Source: Phoronis australis
Taxonomy: Eukaryota; Animalia; Phoronida
NCBI GenBank assembly: GCA_002633005.1
Contig: NMRA01000384.1
Coordinates: forward strand, 163,504-227,503
Direction: 5' to 3'
Length of the DNA: 64,000 nucleotides
In this document: in pieces, positions 27,701-37,767 of the stretch
Layout: every line of letters starts with the position of its first letter
How positions within the stretch are numbered: the first letter of the stretch is position 1
Program-made: the position numbers and the translations under genes
Notes under the pieces: model-generated
Seen by the model: the letters and a program-made list of their open reading frames with translations, nothing else
Told to the model about the DNA's origin: nothing
Database searches by the model: none

Positions 27701-28371
27701 AGTGTATAACAGGTGCCAACAGGTGTGTGAATGGAGCTACCTGTGTGGACACGGTGGGTGGTTATAGCTGTATCTGCTCTGATCAGTTCACAGGTAAGTG
27801 AAGTGGTGTCAGTCTTGTGACTGTCGTCTTGTAGGTATTGTTTCAATAAACAATTGGTGAAAGGAAACGCCAAGAAATATGACATGAAGGAAGCCACTAG
27901 TCTTTTATTTAACTATTCGTCTTTTTTGGTCTGCTGCAGTACCTAGACAAAGACCTTATGAAAATGCCTCACCACACTAACCTCAGCAAGTGACTGACTC
28001 ATTTATAATGCCTGCATGTGTTATAAAATTTATTTTGTGGGATAATTATGGTGCGTTATTATTATGATCTGTCGTTATTGTAATGAATTTAAATTGTTAT
28101 GTTTTCAGGAACGTTTTGTGAAACTCAGCTGTCTCTTCCAACACAGTCCCCTGTCACTCAAAGTTCAGTTGACCCTGTTGTCGTGGTGGCGGTCGTCTTG
28201 GCAATCGTTGGTGTGGCACTCATTGCCTTGCTCATCTATGGCATCTTATACATGAGGAAGTCGAGGAAGTTCAAAGGTCACTACCAGCCTTCCAAGGTTG
28301 AGCTGGAGGTTGGTGCTCCAATACCGCTGGAGAAGATACTGGCTACGGATGGGGATGAGAAACTGATTTAA
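9565..28371 (+). CDS. crb: Crumbs-family EGF/laminin-G type I transmembrane protein (13 coding exons, 5' end not found; about 1,827 codons in window)
   Basis: Exons 9565-9768, 11192-11449, 13437-14692, 15405-15734, 17123-17285, 18546-18696, 19757-19983, 21444-21665, 23116-23310, 23929-25854, 26558-26719, 27665-27793 and 28109-28371 all have AG/GT borders and matching phases, giving one open frame. Architecture is EGF(n)-LamG-EGF-LamG-EGF-LamG-EGF(17)-TM-tail. The tail [16 protein letters not shown]...DEKLI keeps Crumbs G8/Y10/P12/E16 and an ExLI end. Confidence 0.88.
11192..11449 (+). CDS. crb: Crumbs-like exon, EGF repeats
   Basis: ttttcag|GT TTC ACC TGT ... CAA G|gtcagt; 258 nt, phase 1-1; calcium-binding [20 protein letters not shown]. 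Confidence 0.92.
12682..13168. mobile_element. Degenerate Kolobok-like non-autonomous element
   Basis: ttaa-ggttacggaggacc left end and a degenerate inverse ggtcctaccgcagtta at the right. Confidence 0.3.
13437..14692 (+). CDS. crb: Crumbs-like exon, 6 EGF plus first laminin-G domain
   Basis: ctacag|GG TTC ACT GGT ... TTT GGG|gtaagt; matches ORF 13469-14743; LamG motifs SFDG, FSFVT..SGMLLF, LYVGG, GFRGC. Confidence 0.93.
14710..14785. repeat. Two-copy tandem repeat (about 41-bp period) just after a splice donor
   Basis: tatgttttaggacagttgtgcctatttac(t/c)tgtagt occurs twice. Confidence 0.85.
15405..15734 (+). CDS. crb: Crumbs-like exon, end of LamG1, EGF, start of LamG2
   Basis: ttgcag|AAT TTC TCC GTC ... 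TAT ACG|gtgaga; 330 nt, phase 0-0; [16 protein letters not shown]...AFFNGSSF. Confidence 0.9.
16272..17125. repeat. About 430-bp direct duplication split by a single N (probable haplotype overlap artefact)
   Basis: 16272-16702 and 16704-17125 are near-identical, with about 7 substitutions and a 9-bp indel; N at 16703. Confidence 0.9.
17123..17285 (+). CDS. crb: Crumbs-like exon, LamG2 core (not in ORF track)
   Basis: ctgcag|CTT ACA TCC ... CAA G|gtgag; [44 protein letters not shown] (LamG DGxWxxV motif); phase 0-1. Confidence 0.88.
18546..18696 (+). CDS. crb: Crumbs-like exon, LamG2 (not in ORF track in this frame)
   Basis: tttcacag|TT AAG AAT ... AGC AG|gtaggg; [32 protein letters not shown]...; phase 1-2 fits both neighbours. 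Confidence 0.82.
19757..19983 (+). CDS. crb: Crumbs-like exon, end of LamG2 plus EGF
   Basis: ttatag|T TTA ATT GGT TGT ATC CGC GAC ([13 protein letters not shown]) ... GAT G|gtatgt; phase 2-1. Confidence 0.9.
20468..20704. mobile_element. hAT-like MITE
   Basis: 13-bp TIR cagggcttggaat / attccaagccctg; flanks caccca / caccta (6-bp TSD with one mismatch). Confidence 0.7.
21444..21665 (+). CDS. crb: Crumbs-like exon, LamG3 N-half
   Basis: cttcag|TC TCC TCT ... CAA G|gtatg; STFNGRDS...[14 protein letters not shown]. Confidence 0.9.
23116..23310 (+). CDS. crb: Crumbs-like exon, LamG3 core
   Basis: ttcag|TA TCA TCC ... CCT G|gtatgt; VSDATWHTV...IHLGA. Confidence 0.9.
23929..25854 (+). CDS. crb: Crumbs-like exon, end of LamG3 plus about 14.5 EGF repeats
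   Basis: ttacag|GG GAT GAT ... GGA G|gtaagt; 1926 nt, phase 1-1; HFKGCMRSI followed by tandem EGFs (ORF 23946-25862). Confidence 0.95.
26558..26719 (+). CDS. crb: Crumbs-like exon, EGF
   Basis: ctcccag|GT ACG TGT ... GCA G|gtaag; 162 nt. Confidence 0.92.
27340..27505 (-). mobile_element. tRNA-derived SINE
   Basis: Minus strand ggcagtgtgactaagtgg (A box) ... gggttcgaatcc (B box), a non-tRNA body and a (TGAA)-like tail. Confidence 0.7.
27665..27793 (+). CDS. crb: Crumbs-like exon, EGF
   Basis: cttag|GT TTC CAA ... ACA G|gtaagt; [19 protein letters not shown]. Confidence 0.92.
28109..28371 (+). CDS. crb: Crumbs-like last coding exon: TM helix and cytoplasmic tail
   Basis: ttttcag|GA ACG TTT TGT; [28 protein letters not shown]; tail ends GDEKLI-TAA. 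Confidence 0.93.
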
Positions 28372-31185
28372 AGATACACATGCCAAATTTTAGAAATGTT
28401 CTTAAGGATATAGGTGCCAGAATTTGAATGTCAAGGTTTAGAATTGATCTTAAAGATACTCATGTTAAGTCTAAGAAATGTTCTTAAACTTGTTAAAGAT
28501 GTTCATCAAAATTTTAATTACAGTTTCTCAAAAGAGCTCTCAGGTGTATAATTCACACAGATTTGTGACTTGCAGTTTGGTTTACAGAACATTCAAATTC
28601 AGTATTTTTATTCTTAGCCAACTTTTGGTGCTTTAAATTTACGTTGTATTTTTCCATTTAATTTAATCTCTATATTCATAAAACTTCTTGAACAGAACTT
28701 ACAAATGGCTGCTCACAATTGCTGACATTTTCACGAGTTTGAAATACAAGTGTGCCTGCTGGATATGCAGCATTCTGGGTAAATACCACAGAATGAAGAG
28801 TGGCGTAGTGACATTTTGGGGTAGGGCTAGTGTATGAAATGTCAAAAAGTTATTTTTGTGTTCTCCCTAGTGAGATTGCCTGAACTGCTACCCGTATGTT
28901 TACATTCCTCCATGAAGCAATTTTTGGTGCTTTGTTTGAAATTGCGCCTAGACCAATAGATTTAGTGCTCCATGGTATGTTAATAATTTATTTTTATAAC
29001 TTAACAGAACAGTTTTTATTATCGATTTTAGTTTACTAGATCTGTAAAATGAAAATGATCTTTTCACATGTGATGTTCTTAATGCCAGTAGAGTCCTTTT
29101 GCTATACATGAGCATTGAGTATTTTTCCATACTTTTTGTAAATCTACGAAAGCTTGTACTTAGAACTCCAGGCTGTAATGCAAGTGCCTCGCAAGTATAA
29201 AATGTCTTTGTCTGTAAATACATTGGGCGTAATACTGTTGTCAATTTCTTTCACTCTACCGTCACTGTGGCCACCGATCATGCATTATGCATATGACTCA
29301 AAACATGTTGTTTTTAGTCTAACAAAAGGAATTATTTTTTAATTGCTGCAGTTGATGATAATCCTAGAAATGTTATGCAGCCCAAAAATATTTTACTATC
29401 AGTTTGGAGGGGTGAGGAGATTGACTATTTGTTTTCATGTATAGAAGAAAGTATTTTTGTTTGAGATATCAATTTACACATTTGAACTTTATTGTGAATC
29501 TTTACATTTTGATAGATAAGTGAAAGTCTTAGTGTAATTGTATTGATGACGAGTTTTATGTCCGCTAATCATTGTCTTCTATTCATATTGTGTATTTTGA
29601 TTCATTGGTAGATTTTTAACTAATATTGCAATAATATTGTTAATTTTATCGCAGTAAATGGGGTTTTTCCAGTCAGTACTTGTCTTTTAGGAGACTATTG
29701 CAATGAGAAACCTTGGTTTATGGAACAGTTCTAGCTAGATTACATGGCCCAATTCAATATTCTATCCTCGCTGACCAATCACTTCAGTAGTAGCCATTTT
29801 TGTCCACTGGTGTCACAACAGAGAACGCCCTCTTTGATTGCGACCTTATTGGCGAAACACTACCTTTTGTAGACATGATCTCACCATGCTCGCAAGAAAC
29901 TCGCTTATGAAAGGCACCCTCTCTATCGTTGAAGCCTGTTATTCTTTGGGCTCATCTCAAAACTAGGTGTTGTTTTGATATGTCTTGTACAGTATGATAA
30001 TACACAGTCAAACAGATCAATTACCTTTACCTTTGTACCTCTGTGGACTTTTTATTCCTGAATGCTGTTGGCAGACTTAATATGTCCTATGAGTGGTTCT
30101 GATTTTCTTTCAGTGCTGTCTTCTTTGCGATTATATTCAAATGGTAATTTTTTTCAAAAGGATGACATTCGGTGAAATTGCAAAGTAGACCGCTATTGGA
30201 GTTTGACCTGTTGGTGCACTGATTGAATGTAGGACGAGAAGGAAACAAAAATATCGCCCTCCTTTTACTGTTGTCAAGTTCATCCTTCAGTATTTAGCTC
30301 CACTGGATCCTGTGTGTGCTTACTTTATGCGGGCAATATGGTTTAAGGATTGCTGTTTCACATAAAGCGCTCACATTATATTTTACTGTTAAGAATGTGA
30401 AGATCATGCAGTGTACATGTAAAAAGCAACTGACAACATTCGTTACCAATGATCGGAACCCTATTGTTTTTTGTCATAATCGGATCCAATATGGCAGATG
30501 TGGCGGTCATTTTGCTTTCAATTTCAGATTCAAATGCTCATAGAGGCCGTAATTGTTTATGTTCACGGCTGAAAATCGGCAGAAACATAGTACAACATAT
30601 TTGCTAGTGTTGTACAGGTAATTGTTTAGTTCTTGTAAAAGATGGCGGAAATATCGGAAATTGCACACGCGCACTTCAATTTCGATCAAAAAACTTTTCT
30701 TCTGTAGAGGACGCATTATAGGACCAATTGCTTTGAAAATATTGAGGGGTTAGTTTTCTATGACGCGCTATCTGGTGCTAAAAACAGGAAGTTGCTTTCA
30801 AGGTGGCGGATCTGACACATGTTGACCCATTTTCAGTCGGGAAGAAAAAATGACGTGAATTTTTGCATGTGGATTCTTTGAGGTATACCCTTTTAAATGA
30901 CATGTATCAATTTTTTTCCTCAGACTTACCGTTTTCGAGTTATTTGATTTAGAATTTGACAACACCCGCAAAATTTCAATTTTTTGGAAAAACTTAGGGA
31001 AGTTTGCGATATTATCAATTTAGATTGAATTTTGAACGGGCTTTCAGAAGATATTTCCCATTTTTCGCTAGGCCGTCTACTTTCGAATTATTTGAGATTA
31101 TCTGATAGCGCTGTTCCTTTGTTGAGCGCTCTTGCTGCATTGATGTTGGTGTAGGTTCTATTGAACAAGACTGTAGCCTATTTCT

Positions 31186-31773
31186 CATAGGCGGATTTAG
31201 GGGGGGNNNNNNNNNNNNNNNNNNNNNNNNNNNNNNNNNNNNNNNNNNNNNNNNNNNNNNNNNNNNNNNNNNNNNNNNNNNNNNNNNNNNNNNNNNNNNN
31301 NNNNNNNNNNNNNNNNNNNNNNNNNNNNNNNNNNNNNNNNNNNNNNNNNNNNNNNNNNNNNNNNNNNNNNNNNNNNNNNNNNNNNNNNNNNNNNNNNNNN
31401 NNNNNNNNNNNNNNNNNNNNNNNNNNNNNNNNNNNNNNNNNNNNNNNNNNNNNNNNNNNNNNNNNNNNNNNNNNNNNNNNNNNNNNNNNNNNNNNNNNNN
31501 NNNNNNNNNNNNNNNNNNNNNNNNNNNNNNNNNNNNNNNNNNNNNNNNNNNNNNNNNNNNNNNNNNNNNNTTTGCCTTTTTCTTGGATAATACTTCAGGA
31601 ATCAAGGAAAATGCTTGATTTTTAGAGGTAAAAACAGAAAAATTTCTTGGGCGACCCCCCCTCCCGACCTCCCCCCATTCGGTGCTATGCGCATCTACAA
31701 TCGTGGTTTGCGCAAATGCTTACAGCCGGACAAAATGTTGGGCCCCCCTTGCGATATCCTAGGTCCGCCACTG
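31186..31773. mobile_element. GC-rich-end MITE with 5-bp TSD (contains N gap 31207-31570)
   Basis: cataggcggatt ... gtccgccactg flanked by TTTCT on both sides; the empty site ctgtagcctatttcttattgatt is visible as the reverse complement in the homologous repeat at about 2541-2563. Confidence 0.8.
31207..31570. other. Assembly gap (364 N)
   Basis: Run of N; additional single Ns at 16703, 36037, 56478 and 61169. Confidence 1.
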
Positions 31774-32764
31774 TTTCTTACTGATTTATTACAACTAAGT
31801 TCGTCATATGAACGCTATGATGTTGTTCATCATCATCACCATCATCATCATATTCGTCATCTTCGTCATCATCTCCGTCGTCGTCTTTTAAAATTCAGTT
31901 ACGTTCGCCAAGTGTCACTCAAGACTAGCCTATTTCTTACTGATTTCTGACCTCTACGTTGGTCATATGAATTGTAGCATATTGTTCATCATCGCCACGA
32001 TCATCGTTATATTCACCATCTTCCTTATCATCTCTGTCGTCGTGTTTTCGGTTAATTTAGTCGCCAAGTTTCGCTCCTCGGAGCGCTTTCATTTTAGTTT
32101 AAATTTGTATGCATATTTGCCTAGTACCTTGACGGATGTTCACGATATTCGGCAACTATATTTCTATTGACGTTTCCACGACACCATCCTAGTTTCAAAC
32201 GTTTTCGACGCAGTTTGTGCACCCTCGTGGCTATTTTTATTACTGCCGAGCAGGTCCGCAGCCAGCATTTAGCGGAGTGTGGTTCGAATTTCTAAAACGG
32301 TGGACCTTTAAACTATTTTAAGAACGTTTGTTTTGAAAGTCATAAGCTTGAATGCACTGTTCCCAACCGCTTTGTGTGTAACTATTTTCGGTAAGCGCTC
32401 CTAGTCTTTTTTCATTTGGTTTGAAAAGTTAAACAAGGAAATGTAAATTGACACTCTGATGAGGGTGTGAGTGCGCCAATTAGCACTTAAATTACTGCCC
32501 CCCGTGAAGTTCTAAATTAAAGAAAAGAATAGTAATTGCAGGTACAGAAAAACATCAGAATACTTTGAGTCGCACGGAACTCTACATGTTCCTAAAGACT
32601 GTGAAAACTTTCTAAATGTCGAAATAAGTGGTAGGAGTTGCCTTGTCCAGCAAATCTGCCAATGTTAAGTTTGGGTTTGTCCGACAGTATTTTTAGTTGT
32701 ATTGTTTTGTTTTGTTTTGTTTTGTTATTCTGTTTGATTGGCATGACCCCTGAGTTAAGTACAA

Positions 32765-33000
32765 TGATGATGTAATTTGTTTACTGCAGAATAGTATGGA
32801 ACTTTCTAGAAGACTGACGTCAGAACAGTGATGATGTCATTAGTTTACTGCAGTATAGTATGGAACTTTCTAGATGACTCTAGCGTGACATTGATTAATG
32901 CAGTCTGGAATATTCTAGAGACTAGTACATGGTTGTAGAATGATTGGGTAGATTCAGGAAAGTTCTAGAATGTGCTTGAATTGATGGAAAGTTCCAGAAC
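32765..33000. promoter_or_regulatory. Cluster of heat-shock elements (nGAAnnTTCnnGAAn), possibly in an LTR remnant
   Basis: gGAActTTCtaGAAg (32798), TTCagGAAagTTCtaGAA (about 32954) and gGAAagTTCcaGAAc (about 32986), plus two imperfect copies and an internal direct repeat. Confidence 0.55.
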
Positions 33001-34289
33001 AAGTCTTTTGTTTAATTAGCGGTAAAATTTCCTTGTAGCCTAATTAGTACATCTCTAGTATTGCTAACCTATTGTAATCCCACCTCATATAACCGTCACC
33101 TATTACTTACTCTGTGTCTCTGTTCTTTCAGGTTACGATCATTCGTCGTTTACTGACATCAATGAACAGTTAAGAAATACCTGTGATTTATTTCTATATA
33201 ACTATCGGGAACACATCACACATGAAAATGTGGAGCATAAAGTTATTCATGTTTGTGAAAAAAATTAAAATATAAATAACTACATAGTTCAGACTGGGGA
33301 CCATACTTGATTACAGTGCTGTAGCGGTAAAATTAGAGGTAAGTAGGCGCCCAGAGCCCACCGCCATCACCCGGTGACCACTGAACGTAACTTACTGTAC
33401 GTATTCGTTACGTTCAAATGTCAAAAGGTGGTTGGCTGCGCATACATGCACCTGCGCCCCACTACAGCATTGCTCGACTCACAAAAATGTAGGCCTGTTT
33501 TTGACTCGGGAGTGGGTATTTAGAGCAGCTGATCTACAAGTAGGATGTCGGGGGAAGGAGATCCAACCACACATATTCGAAGGCAAAAGTAACGCCTAGA
33601 AATGATATTTGCTGGCGATTTTTAGTCGCCGTGGGGGTGTGTCCTCGGGGCACTTCGATCTCCCTTTATCCACCTATGGTGCGACGCAATAAATGTTACT
33701 TTATCTTGAAATATTAATAAAAATCATTACTCGGTGACACTATGTTACTCCGTACGTTTCAAAGACTAATTACACGAACACGATGTTACACAAGCACTGA
33801 TATTTTAATGAGCTGAACACTAGGTACAATACGCACACGACTCAGCATGCGTTAATGAATAATGTACAAACTTGAAGTGTGGGTTTCTTGCAAGCAACTG
33901 TTCTTAATTTTTCTTTTCTACTGTTGACAATTGAAAAAAAATTTTCAAATGGCCACTCGTAACGCTAAAAATGCTTGAAATTCATAGACAAAAACATGGA
34001 TAAATTTCTTAAACATTGTCCGATTTTGATGATTCTTTTTTAATTTGCACAACTAAATAACTCTGCATATGAGATTCAGTTTGCATTTGGTAAGTGATCA
34101 AAAAAAATTATGTGAGACCGTAACACAGTCAACTCTCGAATATGGACCTTGATTGTGATTTAGCCGTCTACATCAACATTTTGAGTTAGCCAGTGAAGAC
34201 AAAAGCCGTCATTCAAGTGATCAGAGTATGTTTTTGGTATTACTGCGATACTTGGAAAGTCCCATCTGCATTCAGAATCTTGCGCTAAT

Positions 34290-34500
34290 GCATGATGTGC
34301 TAGAAGAGCTGTCAAGCCTTTCTCTAGACACAATGCAGACCTACATGTATGGGTATTTCTAGAGGTGAGAGAATAAGCGGCATATGCTGTCTGGGTGAAA
34401 TTGAAGATGAGCCTCATTTCATGTGTCGATGCCCTGTTCTTGGAGACCTTAGAAGAAATCTTCCAGAGCTTGTCAATGTTAACTACTCTCTTGTTAGGTT
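34290..34500 (+). mobile_element. LINE ORF2 C-terminal fragment (RTE-X-like cysteine motif)
   Basis: ERISGICCLGEIEDEPHFMCRCPVLGDLR fits the C..C...EDExHFxxxC motif. Confidence 0.6.
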
Positions 34501-34529
34501 ATTCCATTCAAGAAAACAACAACAGTTTT

Positions 34530-35085
34530 AATACTTGACATGTTTCGGTGTCATTTATTAAACACCATCCTCAGAAGTGATAATACAGTGGCCACCTAGC
34601 CAGGCCCAGCAACAAGTAAGGAAGCACAGATACAGTCAGTTACAGGGAGTGAAAATGAACTAGACCAACAATGACAACCTGTGGTGTGTCAGTTGCCTAT
34701 TGAGATTGGGCTTGCACCAACTGATGTGTAAATGAGCCTCACGAATTTTAAGCTCCTTTGTTGTTACTGCCTGGTCTATTATTGCAAAGTCATTGAAAGA
34801 GCACTGCTGATAACAATGATTTAAGCTCTGTAGGTGAATATTTACATGTGAATTTCTGTCAGAATTTAGATGTTCCTTGGTCCTGGTTTTCAAATGGCGA
34901 ACAGTTTCGCCTATGTAACTGGAGCCACATCCAGCACAGATAAATTTGTATACTACCGTGGACCGTAGACCCATAGAAATTTTGTCCTTAGGGTTAAATA
35001 AACTCGACAGTTTTAGAGACTTGAATGTTAATATAACTCTTAAGTTCACACAGTAATCACTCTCCAATTTGTTGAGTTTTCGTTG
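34530..35085 (-). mobile_element. Penelope-like element 3' fragment with GIY-YIG endonuclease
   Basis: ORF 34660-35067: KDK...VVYKFICAGCGSSYIGETVRHLKTRTKEH...LKIREA...KPNLN. Confidence 0.9.
34533..34578 (-). ncRNA. Minimal type-I hammerhead ribozyme of the Penelope-like element
   Basis: Minus strand actt-CTGAGGA-t-ggtgt(ttaataaatg)acacc-GAAA-catg-TC-aagt: intact core, stem I actt/aagt, stem II ggtgt/acacc, palindromic stem III acatgt, GUC cleavage triplet. Confidence 0.8.
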
Positions 35086-35182
35086 AGCAATATTGGCGTA
35101 AAACCCAACATAGGTTTTTCCAACAAAAATTATGACAGCATCCAGCGTCTCGCATTGTATATTCAGAAGGCTATGGCTTTAA

Positions 35183-36036
35183 AGGCGAAGTCAACCTTTT
35201 TCATGTCATTTTTAGCAAAAATTAGGTTCGTTGGTTATCCCAGACATATTTTCAACTTAATTACAGCTTTTCGTAATTTAACTAAATATTCGTTCTCTAC
35301 TCCGCAAGTGACGTTTTGGGAGGCAAGCATTTCCCGCCAATTTCTTTTCATATAGTCTGGCTATGAGAGCTGTCGCGTCAGTCATTGGTCTACCTCCGTT
35401 GTAATAAGTTCGGTCGTCGTTTGCTTTTGTTTACGAGTAAGTCAACATGCCACACTGTTGCTGCGTACCGGGATGTACTCATTATGGCCCAAAGCCTGTA
35501 AGCAGCCCTGCTGCGATGTTGAGTAGTGGAGTGAATACAGGTCCAGTCAGTGAAGAGTACAGTTCGTCGTTCAATGAACAGATCGGTGAGCCAAACTTTA
35601 ATAAGTTTACTGTGGACTTGTTTAAAGTATTGGAGCTATTTAGAAGGTGCCAGGTGTCTGGCGAGGGAGTCACACGGCAGGATGTAAGCAATTTGAGTAC
35701 TCAGGTCACTGTCCAGTGGGAGTGTGTCGCGGTACACTCGGGCAAACGGGAGAGTTGTTCCTCTGTCCGTGAGACAATAATGCGTACATCCCGGTACGCA
35801 GCAACAGTGTGGCATGTTGACTGACTCATAAACAATAGCAAACGACGACCGAACTTATCACAACCGAGATAGAACAATGACTGACTCGGCAGCTCTCACA
35901 GTCAGACTATATGAAAAGAAATTGGCGCGAAATGCTTGCCTCCCAAAACGTCACTTCCGGAGTAGAGAACGAATAATTAATTAAATTACAAAAAGCTGTA
36001 AATAAGTGGAAAATTTGTCTGGGATAACCAAAGAAC
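35183..36036 (+). mobile_element. Kolobok deletion derivative with long inverted arms
   Basis: TTAA|AGG terminus; arms about 35225-35478 vs about 35784-36036; THAP start MPHCCCVPGC; Kolobok-like segment FTVDLFKVLELFRRC...WECVAVHSG; right end cut at N 36037. Confidence 0.75.
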
Positions 36037-37767
36037 NACTCCAAAAACGGGCTCGGCATTCCATGACCAAGCAGCCTAATAATTACTGTTGAAAATGATA
36101 CGATGCGTACTAAACTCAAAGAAATGAAGTTAAAATTTGGTGCCAATGGAATTCAGCAAGAACGTTACAGGTGTTAGAGTGATCACGACCCGCAGGGCTT
36201 ATCTCAGTCCGAAAGTCTTGAGTGGAGGACGACCTGTATCTGATTTGGTTACAGCGCCACCACCCGGTTAGTTTTCTAAATTACCCAATTGAAAAAAGTG
36301 TGATGAAATGCATCGAGTTGTATTCTATTATTCGAGAAATGCTCACACTCGAGTGTACACAACTGTGTGAAATTAGGTAGTCAAACTCTACCTAATAACC
36401 AGTTAAATTAAACTCCAAAACACTAGACTATCAACGGTTCTTTAGCTTGGTACTCCATGTAGCTTTAAAATTGATTGGAAAGTTTCATTAGCTTGCTGCC
36501 AGCTTCTTACCTTGTGTTGTTTTACGTCACAACTGGTTATACTGAACCCTATTTTGATGATTTCCACCAATATAAATGCATCACTGGAATCAACTAAAAG
36601 GTTACACTCCTACGTCACAGATTGGGCATTATGATCGTTGGTGGATGGTCTCTTCTCACAGTTGCCGTGTAATGCGCTAAAAGCGTAGGTCACGGTTGTC
36701 AGTTTAGCAGTGAAGAGTTTTCAAGTTTTTCTTCAAACGTTTGAGGGTTGTCGAGGGTAACAGAACATTATTTTGTTTCAGAGAGCTGGATGTGGAAGTC
36801 GTTTTTATAATCTTTTAATAAGCCAAAACCGGGTTAGGTATCCATTTAATGCCAACCAGAGCACTGGTTAAATGTAAATATACAGTGCATATCCAGGTGT
36901 CAATATTTGCGACAACATCTCGTTCGGTAAGGCTAGGACCTTGCTAAAAAGCAAGACTTCGCGAGATTACGTGAGATATTGCCTTGTATTATGAGGACAC
37001 GTGACTTAGGCTAGATTTTAGCTAGGTGCTAGTGTAGGTCCTAGCGTTACGGAACGTACGCCTGGTTTCAATCACAGGAACAGTTCTTCAGTTTTCTACA
37101 ACGGCCGACATGAATTGCATATTGTCAAACCTCTCTTACCTCCTAAGGTGTAATTAGCTGGGCTTATTTGTCAATAATAACCTTTTGGGCAGAAAGTAGT
37201 TCTACCAATTATTTCTCCTAATTTTTTTACAATATTCCTTACTGGAATATAACACATTCCCAACTTCCGGGCTTCCATAGGATCAGTGTAAGACGTTCAC
37301 TTCTCCAGAGAAACACCCAGGAAATACTGTCATTTTGAGTTTGCTCCAACTTTTTCCAATTACCTCTTGCTGCGATGCGCCAGTTAACATCTTAACCGTC
37401 CCCTAATGAAGTTGAAACTGAACAAGAGAACGCTTACTGACAATTATGAGAGTGCTAATGCTTCAATAGCTTTTCATTACCTTGAATTTCTAAATTGAAC
37501 AAAAGAACCATAATTGCATACTGAAAAACCTGATCAGAATACTGATTGCGTCACACGGAAATCTATCTGTTCCAGAAGGTTAGTTGTGAAAACTTCTAAA
37601 TGTCCAAGTAAGTGGCAGGAATTGGCTTGTCCAGCAAATCTGGCAATGTTTAGTTTGGGGAGTTATCGTAACCGCAGTGTCAGAAGCGGTAGTGTTATTC
37701 ACTTGGTTATGAAATTAAAATTATTCAGAAAAATGTCATTGTCAGAACTTAAACGCGGTACACTTAA

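Larger units (their letters stand above)
30455..32093. mobile_element. Inverted copy 2 of the 2213-3397 repeat
   Basis: Reverse complement matches about 2215-3260 (e.g. atgcagcaa...cgctcaacaaaggaacagcg; gaaagc.ctccg.ggagcgaaacttggcga); interrupted by a MITE and an N gap. Confidence 0.75.

Noticed and set aside
9565-28371. Notch, Delta/Serrate, Eyes shut or fibropellin as the gene identity
   Set aside because: No LNR, ankyrin or DSL domain is visible. Three LamG domains plus a TM and a GxY-P-E/ExLI tail indicate the Crumbs family, and Eys is secreted.
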